From Chlorobiaceae bacterium (GTDB lineage: Bacteria > Bacteroidota > Chlorobiia > Chlorobiales > Chlorobiaceae): a DNA stretch of 55,158 bases. Each line of letters begins with the position of its first letter. The first letter of the stretch is position 1. The DNA lies in contig JBAXFV010000001.1 of NCBI GenBank assembly GCA_037139755.1, positions 1 through 55,158 of the forward strand, read 5' to 3'. Below, one piece after another: positions 10,001-21,510 of this stretch. The notes under the pieces were generated by a model that saw only the letters and a program-made list of their open reading frames with translations, searched no databases and was not told the origin of the DNA. Made by a program: the position numbers and the translations under genes.

Positions 10001-12547
10001 ATGAAAACAAAACATGTACAAGCGTATCGCTTCGTCCGTTTTGTTCTGTCTGCATTCTGCCTGATGACATTGCTGGTGCCACTCCCCTCTTATGGAGCTG
10101 ATACCGGAACGGTAAAGGGCAAAGTCATCGATAAAGCAGACGGTGAAGGCGTTTATGGCGCTTCGGTCATTATTGCCGGTACCACCATTGGTACAGCAAC
10201 TGACATGAATGGCAACTTTACCCTTCAGAACGTTCCGGCAAAATCGCAAAAAGTCTCTGTATCCATCGTAGGCTACGCCCCGGCAAGTCAGGTTGTGACT
10301 GTGAGCCCCAGCCAGACCGCCGTAGTGAGCCTGCAACTCGGTCAGACCACTATTATGGCCTCAGAGGTCGTGGTTGGCGCATCAACATACAAGCAGAATA
10401 GGCTTGATGTTCCTGTGACTGTAAATGTGGTCTCGCAGGAAAAGATCAAGCAGGAGGCCAACCCGACACTCGACAGAATTATTGAAGATATTCCCGGTGT
10501 TGTGGTCACGCGCGCAGGCGGCCAGACCACGGCAAACATACAGATCAGGGGATCAAACACCTATCAGGGTGGTGCTATCGGTACCCGCGTACAGGGTTAC
10601 TATGACGGCTTCCCGCTCAACGCACCAGAATCCGGCGAGATAGCGTGGCCGGCAGTGAACATGAATGCCGCCGACAAAGTCGAAGTCCTGAAAGGCGCTG
10701 CAGCAACCCTGTACGGTTCAGGAGCGATGGGCGGTGTGGTGAATGTCTTCGGCCATCTGCCTGAAAAACTGGAAGTAAAAGCAGGTATGAACGGTGGTTT
10801 TTACGATGGCGCTCCTTCGAGTGACCAGAGCGACTACCGAAAGGGATTTACTCCCTGGTTTTGGAACACTTACATCGGTCTCGGCAACAAGAGCGGAAAG
10901 CTGAACTACAGCCTCCTCTATACGCACAGCAACGATGATGGCTATCGCCAGAATGCTCAGACCAAGCTTGACGATATAAAACTGAAAGCCCGTTACGATA
11001 TTGATGCCAAACAGTATCTGGTGCTCAGTAGTTATTACAATGAAAGCACAGGTGGATACGCGTATGCATGGCCGTCAAATGTAGCAACTGCTTTTGGTCC
11101 TCCCACACAAACCACCATTCCAAACCATGCATATGATCTTTATAACACATATTCAGGTGTTTTAGTCAACGCTAACTTGTATAAGTCTATCTACGACAGT
11201 ATTTACCTCGATGATACCATCATAAGAAAAAATGGTCTCCTCGGATTAAACTACGTTAATATGTTCAGCGATCGGCTCTCCCTCGACACGAAAGTATATT
11301 ACACATACAATTACTCTCGCATCAACTATAACGAGACAAATGCTAATCAGGAGTATCCAACTGGAGGCGGCAGGTGGACAAGCACCTATGGCTATTTTGG
11401 GCCTACTATTATTGCGGGAACCGATATAAGCTCTCCGGCCTTTCCAAGCATCAAGACTCCTGGTCAGTTCAATGAAACCTATTCAGACCGTTATGGCGTT
11501 GGCACAAAACTTGACTGGCGGGCCAATGACCACCATCGTTTTGTTTTTGGAGTTGACGGCAACATCACCGATTTGCAGACCACAACTGTCACCGCAGAAC
11601 GACCATCGAAAAACACCTTAAAGCCTATTCAGGAAAAGAATGCGGCAGTGTTTATCCAGGATGAGTGGAAACTTACAAACTCACTGACCTCACTGCTCTC
11701 ACTGCGCTACGACTGGAGCGGTATTGATGCAGACAGGGCCGAGACTACTTCAGGTACCTTTGTCACCCTGCAGCACAAATCAGTCGACGCGATAAACCCA
11801 CGCATAGCCCTGAACTACAAGGCAATGGATGACATGTCTTTCCGTGCTTCATGGGGCAGAAGCTTCCGGGCTCCTACCCTCTCAGAGCGCTTCATCCGCG
11901 ATGCTGGTATATTTATCGGAATCCCAAACCCCTCGCTTGACAAGGAGAGCATGACCGCCTATGAAGTCGGCATGTTCAAACAGTTCGGTGACAAGGTTTC
12001 ACTGGATATAGCGGGATTTCTGAATAACTATGATAACCTTATTGAGTCTGTTATCACAGGCTCTACTTTCCAATTCAAAAATATAACAACAGCACGCATC
12101 TATGGACTGGAAGTTGGATTGAACTACCGACCGACCAACGAGTGGATACTGAATGCGGCATACACCTACATGAATGCCACAAACCGTTCCTATGTTGCAG
12201 ACCCTACGTCAGCCAACTATAACAACCCTGATCCGACATGGTTGCCTTACCGACCAGAGCACACCGCATCGGCTGGCGCCACATGGAAACCAACCGGAAA
12301 ACTTGCAATTAACTTTAACGGACGGTATGTCGGCAAGTATAAAGCTATAAGCAACCATACTAATAAAGAGGGCTCAGACTACCCCGGTGACTTCATTTTG
12401 CTGAATACCGGCGTGAAGTACCAGGCAGGTGAAACAGTCTCTTTAAGCATGCTCTGCCGGAACATCGGAAACGTGCAGTACGAAGAAGGCGAGTGGTTCC
12501 GGGCTCCCGGACGCAGCTATGTTGCTGGAGTGGACTTCACCTTCTGA
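10001..12547 (+). CDS. TonB-dependent outer membrane receptor with N-terminal CarboxypepD_reg-like domain
   Basis: Signal peptide, GTATDMNGNFTL, plug motifs IQIRG and VEVLKGAAATLYGSGAMGGVVN, SFRAPTLSE, C-terminal YVAGVDFTF. Confidence 0.93.
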   Translation: MKTKHVQAYRFVRFVLSAFCLMTLLVPLPSYGADTGTVKGKVIDKADGEGVYGASVIIAGTTIGTATDMNGNFTLQNVPAKSQKVSVSIVGYAPASQVVTVSPSQTAVVSLQLGQTTIMASEVVVGASTYKQNRLDVPVTVNVVSQEKIKQEANPTLDRIIEDIPGVVVTRAGGQTTANIQIRGSNTYQGGAIGTRVQGYYDGFPLNAPESGEIAWPAVNMNAADKVEVLKGAAATLYGSGAMGGVVNVFGHLPEKLEVKAGMNGGFYDGAPSSDQSDYRKGFTPWFWNTYIGLGNKSGKLNYSLLYTHSNDDGYRQNAQTKLDDIKLKARYDIDAKQYLVLSSYYNESTGGYAYAWPSNVATAFGPPTQTTIPNHAYDLYNTYSGVLVNANLYKSIYDSIYLDDTIIRKNGLLGLNYVNMFSDRLSLDTKVYYTYNYSRINYNETNANQEYPTGGGRWTSTYGYFGPTIIAGTDISSPAFPSIKTPGQFNETYSDRYGVGTKLDWRANDHHRFVFGVDGNITDLQTTTVTAERPSKNTLKPIQEKNAAVFIQDEWKLTNSLTSLLSLRYDWSGIDADRAETTSGTFVTLQHKSVDAINPRIALNYKAMDDMSFRASWGRSFRAPTLSERFIRDAGIFIGIPNPSLDKESMTAYEVGMFKQFGDKVSLDIAGFLNNYDNLIESVITGSTFQFKNITTARIYGLEVGLNYRPTNEWILNAAYTYMNATNRSYVADPTSANYNNPDPTWLPYRPEHTASAGATWKPTGKLAINFNGRYVGKYKAISNHTNKEGSDYPGDFILLNTGVKYQAGETVSLSMLCRNIGNVQYEEGEWFRAPGRSYVAGVDFTF

Positions 12548-12581
12548 AGTAAATCCATCAACAACAAAACATGATAACCCC

Positions 12582-12617
12582 AGCCAGCCCCTGAACCATA
12601 AGGGGCTGGCTCTTTTT
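12582..12617 (+). terminator. Intrinsic terminator after the TonB-dependent receptor
   Basis: AGCCAGCCCCT...AGGGGCTGGCT followed by CTTTTT. Confidence 0.8.
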
Positions 12618-12711
12618 AAATCGTTAGTATCGTTAGTTTACATCGCGGGATTTTATTACATTTTGCAATCCTTGTTAAAACCACAAACAAACGCACATCT
12701 TTTGTAATTCT

Positions 12712-15700
12712 ATGCACGATAAAATCAGAATTGCCGCTATTGTCGGGATGGAACAATGCAACCAGCGGGTATGGCGAGAGGTGACCTCCAAAATAGCCGA
12801 TCATGCCGAGCTGACCCAATGGACCGACCAGGATCTCGAACATCAAAACCCAGAAGCCGCCGAAGCTATCCACCATGCTGACTGTATTTTCACCACCCTG
12901 ATCCAGTTCAAGGGCCAGGCAGACTGGCTGCAGGAACAGGTCGACAAATCGAAGGTAAAGGTTGTTTTTGCCTACGAGTCGATGCCCGAAGTAATGCAGA
13001 TGACAAAAATTGGCAATTATGTGGTTTCGGGTGACGGAAGCGGTATGCCGGATATTGTCAAAAAAGTTGCGAAGATGCTGGTGAAGGGACGCGATGAAGA
13101 TGCGCTCTACGGCTACATGAAGCTGCTGAAAATCATGCGCACCATGCTTCCGCTGATCCCGAAAAAGGCAAAGGATTTCAAGAACTGGATGCAGGTTTAT
13201 ACCTACTGGATGAACCCCACTACCGACAATCTGGCTTCGATGTTCAACTACATCATGGCAGAATACTTCGAGGTTGGCGTCAAGGTTGAAAAGGTACAGG
13301 AGGTCCCCACCATGGGCTTCTATCACCCGGATGCACCGGAATACCTTAAAGATCTGCACCATTACGAAAAATGGCTTCACAAACACGACCGAAACGCGAC
13401 AACAAAACGCAACATCGGTCTGCTCTTCTTCCGCAAGCATCTTCTTCAGGAAAAAGAATATATCGACAACACCATCCGTGCCATTGCTGCCAAGGGACTC
13501 AATCCCCTGCCGGTCTTTGTCATGGGTGTTGAAGGTCACGTTGCCGCCAGAGAGTGGTTTACGCATAACAACATCGACATGCTGGTCAACATGATGGGCT
13601 TTGGCTTTGTGGGCGGCCCCGCAGGCGCAACCACTCCGGGGGCGTCATCCGCCGCAAGAGAAGAGATTCTCGGCAAAATCAATGCGCCTTATGTTGTTTC
13701 ACAGCCGCTTTTTATTCAGGATTTTGCCTCCTGGAAGTCGCAGGGGGTTATACCACTGCAATCGGCCATGACCTACTCTCTGCCTGAAATGGACGGCGCG
13801 GTCTGCCCGGTAGTGCTCGGTGCCATCAAGGATGGACGCCTGCAGACAGTTCCTGATCGTCTGGAACGACTTGCCGGACTTGCCAAAAAGTTTTCAGAGC
13901 TGCGCCAGGTTCCCAACAAGGATAAAAAAGTTGCTCTGGTGGTTTATGACTATCCGCCGGGCATGGGCAAAAAAGCCAGCGCCGCCTTGCTTGATGTACC
14001 CAAAAGCATCTATAATATTATCCAGACGCTTCGCGCTGAAGGCTACAACGTCGGTGAGTTGCCTGAATCGCCGGAAGCCCTGCTTGCCATGCTCGACAAG
14101 GCCACCGATTACGAAATACAGGCACACGAACAGGAGTGCTTTGCCATAGACCGTGAACAGTTCAACAGCATTACCAGCAACAGGGAGCGTGAACGCATTG
14201 AGGGACGCTGGAGCGGCTTCCCCGGAGAAATCGCCCCGATTAAACCGGACAAACTCTTTATCGGCGGCATCACTCTCGGCAATATCTTTATCGGCGTTCA
14301 GCCTCGTCTTGGTATTCAGGGCGATCCAATGCGCCTGCTCTTTGACAAAGAGAACACTCCGCACCATCAGTATATCGCTTTCTACCGCTGGATCAGCCGG
14401 GTCTTTGGAGCCAATGCGCTGGTACACATCGGCATGCACGGCACTGCGGAGTGGATGCCCGGCCTCCAACTTGGCGTCACTGGCGACTGCTGGTCAGACG
14501 CACTGCTGGGTGAGGTTCCCCATTTCTATATCTACCCGATCAATAACCCGAGCGAGGCCAACATTGCCAAACGACGCGGTTACGCCACCATGATTTCGCA
14601 CAACATTCCTCCCCTGGCACGGGCCGGTCTCTACAAGGAGCTGCCTGCCTTCAAGGAGATGCTAAACGATTATCGCGAACGCGGGCTTGAGACGACGTCA
14701 GATGCTGAAACCGAAGAGGTCATTATCACCAAGGCACAGCAGCTCAATCTGACGGACGACTGTCCACGCGTTCAGGGAGAAGAGTTCCAGGACTATATCA
14801 GTCGCCTCTACACTTATATGATGGAGCTTGAGGGACGTCTGATTTCCAACTCGCTGCATGTTTTTGGCGAAACACCGAAGCTTGAAACCCAGGTAACCAC
14901 CATCACCGAATATCTGAAGGTGCGCGGCAATGAAAGGTCGCTGCCATCAGTCATCATGCAGGCCATTGGTGAAGACAAAACCTATGGCGATTATGCATCG
15001 CTTGCCACCCGAGCCCGAAAGGGTGAACAGGTTGCTCTCAAGGCTCGTGAAACAGTGGACGAGCATACAAGAGCGTTTATCGAGAAGAGCATTTTCGGCC
15101 AAACCAATCCGACAACCGTCTTCAGCCAGATGACCGGCGGCGGAAAGGCAACAGCGGAGATGGCAGAGGCTATCAACAGCGCACTGCAGGACGGCCTGGC
15201 GTTGAAAAAAGCCCTTGAAGACAACCGTAACGAGATGAAAGGCTTCCTGAGAGCCCTTTGCGGTGAGTACATCCCGTCAGGTTCAGGCGGCGATCTGGTT
15301 CGTGACGGCGCGGGCATTCTGCCGACCGGACGCAACATTCACGCTATTGACCCGTGGCGTATTCCTTCTGAACTTGCCTTCAAGCGCGGCAAACAGATTG
15401 CCGAGAGCATCCTGAACCGCCACGTTGAAGAGAACAACGGCGAGTACCCGGAGACAATAGCCCAGGTGCTCTGGGGACTTGACACCATCAAGAGCAAGGG
15501 CGAAGCGGTTGCCGTGATCATTCACCTCATGGGTGCAGAGCCAGCCTATGACGCCCAGGGCAAAATCAGCCACTATCGTCTGGTACCGCTTGAAAAGCTT
15601 GGACGTCCGAGAATTGACGTGCTGATACAGATCAGCTCCATTTTCCGCGACACCTTCGGCGTGCTCGTCGATCATCTCGATAAATTGGTCAAAGATGCCG

Positions 15701-16515
15701 CGAGAGCAATTGAGCCACATGAAATGAACCATATCAAAAAACATGTTGACGCCGCTCTGAAAGAGGGCAAGGATTTTGAGAGTGCCACATCGCGTCTTTT
15801 CACCCAGGCTCCAGGCGCCTACGGTTCTCAGGTAGAGGAGTTGGTCGAAGATTCTGCTTGGGAGTCAGAAGAGGATCTCGATAACATGTTCATCAAGCGC
15901 ACCGGTTTTGCCTACGGCGGGAACCGCTACGGCGACCAGCAGACCGATATTCTGAAAGGGCTCCTCAGCACCGTTGACCGCGTGGTGCAGCAGGTTGACT
16001 CGGCTGAGTTCGGCATTACCGACATTGACCGCTACTTCTCTTCATCGGGAGCGCTGCAGCTTTCCGCACGCCGCCGCAACCCCAAGGGCGACAATGTCAA
16101 GTTAAACTATGTCGAGACCTTTACTGCGGATGTAAAGATTGACGATGCCGACAAGGCATTGAAGGTGGAGTTCCGCAGCAAACTGCTCAACCCGAAATGG
16201 TTCGAGACCATGCTTGACCAGGGGCACAGTGGTGCGGCCGAAATCAGCAACCGCTTTACCTATATGCTCGGCTGGGACGCTGTCACCAAGGGCGTTGATG
16301 ACTGGGTGTACAAAGAGGCTGCTGAAACCTACGCCATGGATCCAAAAATGCGTGAACGTCTCATGAAGGTGAATCCGAAAGCCTTCAAAAACATTGTCGG
16401 CCGTATGCTCGAAGCAAGTGGACGAGGCATGTGGAGTGCTGATCCCGACATGATCGAAAAACTGCAGGAGATTTACTCCGACCTCGAAGACCGCCTTGAG
16501 GGGATTGAGGTTTAA
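12712..16515 (+). CDS. bchH: Magnesium chelatase large subunit (CobN/BchH family), probably the BchS-type paralog
   Basis: 1267 aa; LPEMDG, GDPMRLLF, HIGMHG..EWMPG, NNPSEA.IAKRR, LPTGRNIH, KLLNPKW. Confidence 0.92.
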   Translation: MHDKIRIAAIVGMEQCNQRVWREVTSKIADHAELTQWTDQDLEHQNPEAAEAIHHADCIFTTLIQFKGQADWLQEQVDKSKVKVVFAYESMPEVMQMTKIGNYVVSGDGSGMPDIVKKVAKMLVKGRDEDALYGYMKLLKIMRTMLPLIPKKAKDFKNWMQVYTYWMNPTTDNLASMFNYIMAEYFEVGVKVEKVQEVPTMGFYHPDAPEYLKDLHHYEKWLHKHDRNATTKRNIGLLFFRKHLLQEKEYIDNTIRAIAAKGLNPLPVFVMGVEGHVAAREWFTHNNIDMLVNMMGFGFVGGPAGATTPGASSAAREEILGKINAPYVVSQPLFIQDFASWKSQGVIPLQSAMTYSLPEMDGAVCPVVLGAIKDGRLQTVPDRLERLAGLAKKFSELRQVPNKDKKVALVVYDYPPGMGKKASAALLDVPKSIYNIIQTLRAEGYNVGELPESPEALLAMLDKATDYEIQAHEQECFAIDREQFNSITSNRERERIEGRWSGFPGEIAPIKPDKLFIGGITLGNIFIGVQPRLGIQGDPMRLLFDKENTPHHQYIAFYRWISRVFGANALVHIGMHGTAEWMPGLQLGVTGDCWSDALLGEVPHFYIYPINNPSEANIAKRRGYATMISHNIPPLARAGLYKELPAFKEMLNDYRERGLETTSDAETEEVIITKAQQLNLTDDCPRVQGEEFQDYISRLYTYMMELEGRLISNSLHVFGETPKLETQVTTITEYLKVRGNERSLPSVIMQAIGEDKTYGDYASLATRARKGEQVALKARETVDEHTRAFIEKSIFGQTNPTTVFSQMTGGGKATAEMAEAINSALQDGLALKKALEDNRNEMKGFLRALCGEYIPSGSGGDLVRDGAGILPTGRNIHAIDPWRIPSELAFKRGKQIAESILNRHVEENNGEYPETIAQVLWGLDTIKSKGEAVAVIIHLMGAEPAYDAQGKISHYRLVPLEKLGRPRIDVLIQISSIFRDTFGVLVDHLDKLVKDAARAIEPHEMNHIKKHVDAALKEGKDFESATSRLFTQAPGAYGSQVEELVEDSAWESEEDLDNMFIKRTGFAYGGNRYGDQQTDILKGLLSTVDRVVQQVDSAEFGITDIDRYFSSSGALQLSARRRNPKGDNVKLNYVETFTADVKIDDADKALKVEFRSKLLNPKWFETMLDQGHSGAAEISNRFTYMLGWDAVTKGVDDWVYKEAAETYAMDPKMRERLMKVNPKAFKNIVGRMLEASGRGMWSADPDMIEKLQEIYSDLEDRLEGIEV

Positions 16516-16541
16516 GAGTCTGCTCAAAGTCAGAATTTCCA

Positions 16542-16578
16542 AATAAAAAAGCACGGCTCACTCCCGTGCTTTTTTATT
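16542..16578 (+). terminator. Intrinsic terminator between the two chelatase genes
   Basis: AATAAAAAAGCACGG-CTCACTC-CCGTGCTTTTTTATT. Confidence 0.85.
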
Positions 16579-16777
16579 ACCCCAAGTGGCAAGAGTAACC
16601 ACGGTTTCCTTTTTGCTGATTCGTTTGGTATATTCCACAAAATATTTATCTCTGGACATTGAAAAATGCATTTTCCCAACCATCAGGAAGAGATTCGCGA
16701 TTCAACTATACCGGACAGTTCAGCATGAGCTAAAGGATACTGAGGCTCAGCACGTGATATAGACTGATTACAAACTT

Positions 16778-19700
16778 ATGCATTTTGTGTTCCTGACCAT
16801 GGAGGCCACCAACAACAGCGCACTAAAAGCTGCTGCTGGAGAGTTGAACAGAAAGTTCAGCGTCGGTCTGGAGGTTTCGGTCTTCAGCCTTGGCCTCCAT
16901 AACAGTAAACAACTCTGGAAAACGCTTGAACAGACTTTGCCGAAAGCGGATTTCGTCTTCGGTTCTATGCTGTTCAGCGAAGAAATTGTACGCCCGCTTG
17001 AGAGGCTCCTTGAAGAATTGAGCTGCCCGGTCTGCATTATCACAAGCAATCCGGCTCTCATCACCAAGACAAGGATTGGAAAGTTTTCCCTTCGCAAACC
17101 GAAACAGGAGGAACCAAAAGAGACAAACGTCTTCAAGCAATGGGCGGAAAAACTGATGCCCAGGCAGAGCCACGGAGAAAGCCAGCGACAACTTGCGCTG
17201 GTTCGAAGTGTCAGCAAGGTGATGAAGTACATCCCCGGCAAGGCTCGCGATATCCATACGTTCATCGCTGCGCACCAGTTCTGGCTCAACGGTTCACAGG
17301 AAAACATGGAACGCTTCCTCTCCCTTCTTGTAGATCGCTACGTTCCCGGCTGGAAGGGAAAACTACCCCAGGAAGACCCTCTCTTTTATCCCGATGCAGC
17401 CATCTACCATCCGGATGCTCCTGAACCATTCTTCGCAGCCCCACAGTTTCTTGAGTGGCAACAAAGAAACAAGTCGAAGCTGAACACCGGTGAGGTGATT
17501 ATTCTTGCCATGCGCTCGACCGTGCTTGGCAAGAACATGGATCACCTGAACTATCTTGTTCGCTCATTTGAATTAAAAGGGATAAAAAGCTGTATCGCCT
17601 ACAGCGGCGGACTCGATTTCAGGCCTGCTCTCGAACGCTTTTTTGATCCCGACACTCCCGGCTCCCTGAAGCCTTCACTCTTGATCAATTCAACAGGCTT
17701 TTCACTGGTTGGCGGCCCTGCGGAAAACAAGGCTCCAGAGGCGGTTGTTGTGCTGAAAAGGCTTGACGTTCCCTGCCTGAACCTTATCCCGCTCTCCTTT
17801 CAGCCGGTTGAAAAGTGGCGTGAAAGCAATCTTGGTCTCACACCGCTCCAAACTGCCCTGAGTGTCGCCGTCACCGAACTTGACGGCACCATTGAACCGC
17901 TGATTTATGCTGGCACCGAGAGTGGAAGCGACCGCACCATTCCACTTGAAGATGAGGTTCGCATCATTACCGGCCGGGTAGAACGACTCCTCAGATTGCA
18001 GGAGAAAAATCCTGCCGACAAAAAAATTGCCATTATCCTTTTTAATTTTCCACCCAATCTCGGCAATGCGGGAACGGCGGCATACCTCAATGTTTTTGAG
18101 AGCCTCCACCGCCTCCTGCAGAAGATGAGCGCCGCCGGGTACCAGGTTGAGGTACCGGAAACAACTGAGGCACTGCGAGATCGTCTGCTGGAAGGAAACC
18201 GGCTGATCTACGGAACCGACGGTAATGTAGAGGCACATTTGCCTGTCGAGGAGTATCGCAAGCTCTTCCCCGCCTACGAAAAAATTGAACCTTTCTGGGG
18301 TGATGCTCCGGGTGAAATTCTCAATGACCGTACCCGATTTCATATTCTCGGCTGTTCTCTGGGCAACATCTTTATTGGCCAGCAACCAAGTTTTGGTTAT
18401 GAGCGCGACCCTATGCGTCTGCTCATGGCCAAAGATGCTGCGCCAAACCACGCCTTTGCGGCCTTCTACACCTGGATTGAACATTGTTTTGATGCCGATG
18501 CCGTCCTTCACTTCGGCACACACGGCGCCCTTGAGTTCATGCCCGGCAAGCAGGTGGGACTCTCCAGCTCCTGCTGGCCAAAACGGCTGATCGGAAGCCT
18601 GCCCAACTTTTACTGCTACTGCGTCAATAACCCGAGCGAAGGCGCCATCGCCAAGCGACGGGGATTTGCCACGCTGATAAGCTACCTCTCCCCACCGCTT
18701 GAACATGCCGGACTCTACAAAGGACTGCGGAAACTCAAGGATCTGGTGGCGAGCTTCAGATCATCTCCATCAGAGGAGGTGTTTGAAGAGATCCGGGAAC
18801 TTGCACTTGCTCTCGACATTGACGGCAGCCAAATCGAGAGAGCCTCTGAAGAGTATATCACCCGTCTGAACAGTGAACTCTACGCGATTGAGGAACGCAT
18901 GATCCCTCTCGGACTGCATATCATGGGAGAGGCGCCTTCACCGGAAAGTGTCGGCGATCATCTGGCGCTTCTTGCGGAACACGCCCGCCCGGAGCTGGAC
19001 GGCAAATCCCTGCCTGAGCTTATTAGCAATCATTTGGGCTACGATTACAACCAGTTGGTTAAAAATCTGGGAAGTGATCGGGAGGCGCAACAACGGTGGC
19101 ACCAGGTATCAACAATAAGTCGTGACGCGGTCAAACTTTTTACGGGGCACTTCGACAGCAACAGCACCCTGCCGATGTCGAGGCTGCTTGAAGGAAGTTT
19201 TATTGTCAGAAAAGAGACGGCAGACAACTATCTGCACCGTGAAGCCAAAACGAAACCAGCAGAACTTTCTCGCCTCTGGCACTTCCTGAATGTCATTCTC
19301 ATAAATCTTGCTGAAAACAGTGAACTGAAGGCTGTTCTGCACGCTCTTGAGGGAAAGTATACCCAGCCATCACCAGGCAATGACCTCGTTCGAAACCCTG
19401 ACATTGTGCCAACAGGCAGAAATATTCACAGCCTCGATCCCTTCACTATTCCCACAACCTTCGCGCAGCAAGCCGGAAAGCTTTCGGCTGAAGAGCTGCT
19501 TCTGCAATACCGGAAAGAGAGCGGAGAAAACCCGGAGTCTATAGCACTGATTCTCTGGGGAACCGACAATCTTAAAAGCGATGGCGAAGGGGTTGCCCAA
19601 GCGCTCGCGTTGATGGGTGCAAGAGCCAAAACTGATGAACTGGGCAAAATCGGCGATGTCGAGCTTGTGACGCTTGCTGAACTTCGGCGTCCCCGCATTG

Positions 19701-20602
19701 ATGTTGTCATGACCATCAGCGGTATATTCCGGGATCTGCTCTCCGTACAGGTCAAACTGCTTGACAAGGCCGCCCGCCTGGCAGCCGCTGCCGAAGAACC
19801 TGATGAGATGAACTTTATAAGAAAACATGTGCAGCAGGAGATGGCCGAAAGAGGCTGCTCGTTTGAAGAGGCCTCAAACCGTGTCTTTTCAAACGCACCC
19901 GGAAACTACGGCGCCAATGTGAATCATCTGGTTGAAAGCAGCGCTTGGGAGGAGGATACCCAGCTTGCTGAAGCCTTTGTAAGCCGCAAAAGCTTTACGG
20001 TATCTACCGAAGGAGAGTGGCAGGAGTGCCCGGAAGCCTTGCGTTCAGCACTAAAGCATGTCACCCTCACCTTCCAGAATATCGACAGCTATGAGATCGG
20101 TATTTCTGATATTGATCATTATTATGAGTATCTTGGCGGAGTTTCAAAAACTGTAGAACACCTCAGCAAGGCAAAGCCAAGGGTGATGGTTGGAGATATT
20201 GATGGCACAGGAAAAAAACAGCGCATCTGTTCACTTGAAAAGATGGTCTCGCTTGAGTCACGAACAAAATTGCTGAATCCAAAATGGTATGAAGCGATGC
20301 TTGAGCACGGCTATGAAGGGGTCAGAGAGATTGATTCCCATCTCAGCAATACCTACGGATGGAGCGCTACCGCTTCGGCAGTTAAGAACTGGACATACGA
20401 TCAGTTCAATGAGACTTTTCTGCACGACAAAGCCATGTTTGAACGACTTGCCAGTCTTAATCCTCACGCCACCATGTCGATGACAAGGAGGCTGCTCGAA
20501 GCGCATTCCCGGGGATTCTGGGAAGCTGAAGAGAGCGCCATTGAAGAGCTGCAGGAGTTGTACGCCGATCTTGAATCAAGAATTGAGGGGGTTCATTATT
20601 GA
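16778..20602 (+). CDS. bchH: Magnesium chelatase subunit H
   Basis: 1274 aa; [59 protein letters not shown]; upstream of bchM-bchE. Confidence 0.94.
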   Translation: MHFVFLTMEATNNSALKAAAGELNRKFSVGLEVSVFSLGLHNSKQLWKTLEQTLPKADFVFGSMLFSEEIVRPLERLLEELSCPVCIITSNPALITKTRIGKFSLRKPKQEEPKETNVFKQWAEKLMPRQSHGESQRQLALVRSVSKVMKYIPGKARDIHTFIAAHQFWLNGSQENMERFLSLLVDRYVPGWKGKLPQEDPLFYPDAAIYHPDAPEPFFAAPQFLEWQQRNKSKLNTGEVIILAMRSTVLGKNMDHLNYLVRSFELKGIKSCIAYSGGLDFRPALERFFDPDTPGSLKPSLLINSTGFSLVGGPAENKAPEAVVVLKRLDVPCLNLIPLSFQPVEKWRESNLGLTPLQTALSVAVTELDGTIEPLIYAGTESGSDRTIPLEDEVRIITGRVERLLRLQEKNPADKKIAIILFNFPPNLGNAGTAAYLNVFESLHRLLQKMSAAGYQVEVPETTEALRDRLLEGNRLIYGTDGNVEAHLPVEEYRKLFPAYEKIEPFWGDAPGEILNDRTRFHILGCSLGNIFIGQQPSFGYERDPMRLLMAKDAAPNHAFAAFYTWIEHCFDADAVLHFGTHGALEFMPGKQVGLSSSCWPKRLIGSLPNFYCYCVNNPSEGAIAKRRGFATLISYLSPPLEHAGLYKGLRKLKDLVASFRSSPSEEVFEEIRELALALDIDGSQIERASEEYITRLNSELYAIEERMIPLGLHIMGEAPSPESVGDHLALLAEHARPELDGKSLPELISNHLGYDYNQLVKNLGSDREAQQRWHQVSTISRDAVKLFTGHFDSNSTLPMSRLLEGSFIVRKETADNYLHREAKTKPAELSRLWHFLNVILINLAENSELKAVLHALEGKYTQPSPGNDLVRNPDIVPTGRNIHSLDPFTIPTTFAQQAGKLSAEELLLQYRKESGENPESIALILWGTDNLKSDGEGVAQALALMGARAKTDELGKIGDVELVTLAELRRPRIDVVMTISGIFRDLLSVQVKLLDKAARLAAAAEEPDEMNFIRKHVQQEMAERGCSFEEASNRVFSNAPGNYGANVNHLVESSAWEEDTQLAEAFVSRKSFTVSTEGEWQECPEALRSALKHVTLTFQNIDSYEIGISDIDHYYEYLGGVSKTVEHLSKAKPRVMVGDIDGTGKKQRICSLEKMVSLESRTKLLNPKWYEAMLEHGYEGVREIDSHLSNTYGWSATASAVKNWTYDQFNETFLHDKAMFERLASLNPHATMSMTRRLLEAHSRGFWEAEESAIEELQELYADLESRIEGVHY

Positions 20603-20661
20603 ACCTGCCTGCAACACAATATTTTACAGAATCAAACAACACAACCGTCAAAACTTATACT

Positions 20662-21360
20662 ATGAGCAGCTCCACTTTCAATGCTGAAGAACACAAGAAA
20701 ATGCTCCGTTCATATTTCAACGGCCAGGGCTTTCAGCGATGGGCATCAATATACGGAGACGATAAGCTTTCTTCCGTACGCAATACTGTCCGTCAGGGCC
20801 ATGCCGTCATGATGGACAAAGCATTCGACTGGCTGCAGCAGCTCGGGCTGCCAAAAGGTGCGACCGTGCTTGATGCCGGTTGTGGAACAGGGCTATTCAG
20901 CATTCGGCTTGCCAAAGCTGGCTACAAAGTAAAGTCAGTCGATATTGCTTCACAGATGGTGGACAAGGCAAAAGCTGAAGCCATCAAACAGGGAGTACAC
21001 AAAAATATCGAATTTGAGGTCAACACCATTGAATCAGTTAGCGGAACCTACGATGCCGTCGTCTGCTTTGATGTTCTGATCCATTACCCGGCAGAGGGGT
21101 TTGCCCAGGCTTTCCAGAATTTGAGCAGCCTGACAAAGGGCTCGATTATTTTCACCTATGCGCCCTACAATAAAATTCTTGCTTTCCAGCACTGGATTGG
21201 CGGCTATTTTCCGAAAAAAGAGCGCCGCACAACCATCCAGATGATTCGTGACGAAGAGATGCAGAAAGCTATGGCCACTGCAGGTATGCAGGTAAAAACC
21301 AGAGAAAAGATCAGCTTTGGATTTTATCATACCATGCTGATGAACGCTTCACACAAGTAA
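20662..21360 (+). CDS. bchM: Mg-protoporphyrin IX O-methyltransferase
   Basis: [34 protein letters not shown]; ATG 20662 preferred over TTG 20599. Confidence 0.94.
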   Translation: MSSSTFNAEEHKKMLRSYFNGQGFQRWASIYGDDKLSSVRNTVRQGHAVMMDKAFDWLQQLGLPKGATVLDAGCGTGLFSIRLAKAGYKVKSVDIASQMVDKAKAEAIKQGVHKNIEFEVNTIESVSGTYDAVVCFDVLIHYPAEGFAQAFQNLSSLTKGSIIFTYAPYNKILAFQHWIGGYFPKKERRTTIQMIRDEEMQKAMATAGMQVKTREKISFGFYHTMLMNASHK

Positions 21361-21510
21361 AGACCTTAAACGAAAACCCTATGAAAATTCTATAAATTAA
21401 TTGTAAATTTAAGGACAAGGACTTTTTATTAAATTCAGGGCGAAGTTTACGTTGATTCGCACAGTGAAATACCTTTTTTGTAAAAAAATATATCTGGAGG
21501 ATGGAGACCG

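Noticed and set aside
12616-13566. 316-aa antisense ORF over the first chelatase gene (also 17702-18706 and 22147-23157)
   Set aside because: Shadow frames opposite well-supported, codon-biased genes; no recognisable motifs.
16666-16728. 20-codon uORF starting MHF like the downstream bchH
   Set aside because: Only ~9 nt shared and no clear RBS; most likely chance.
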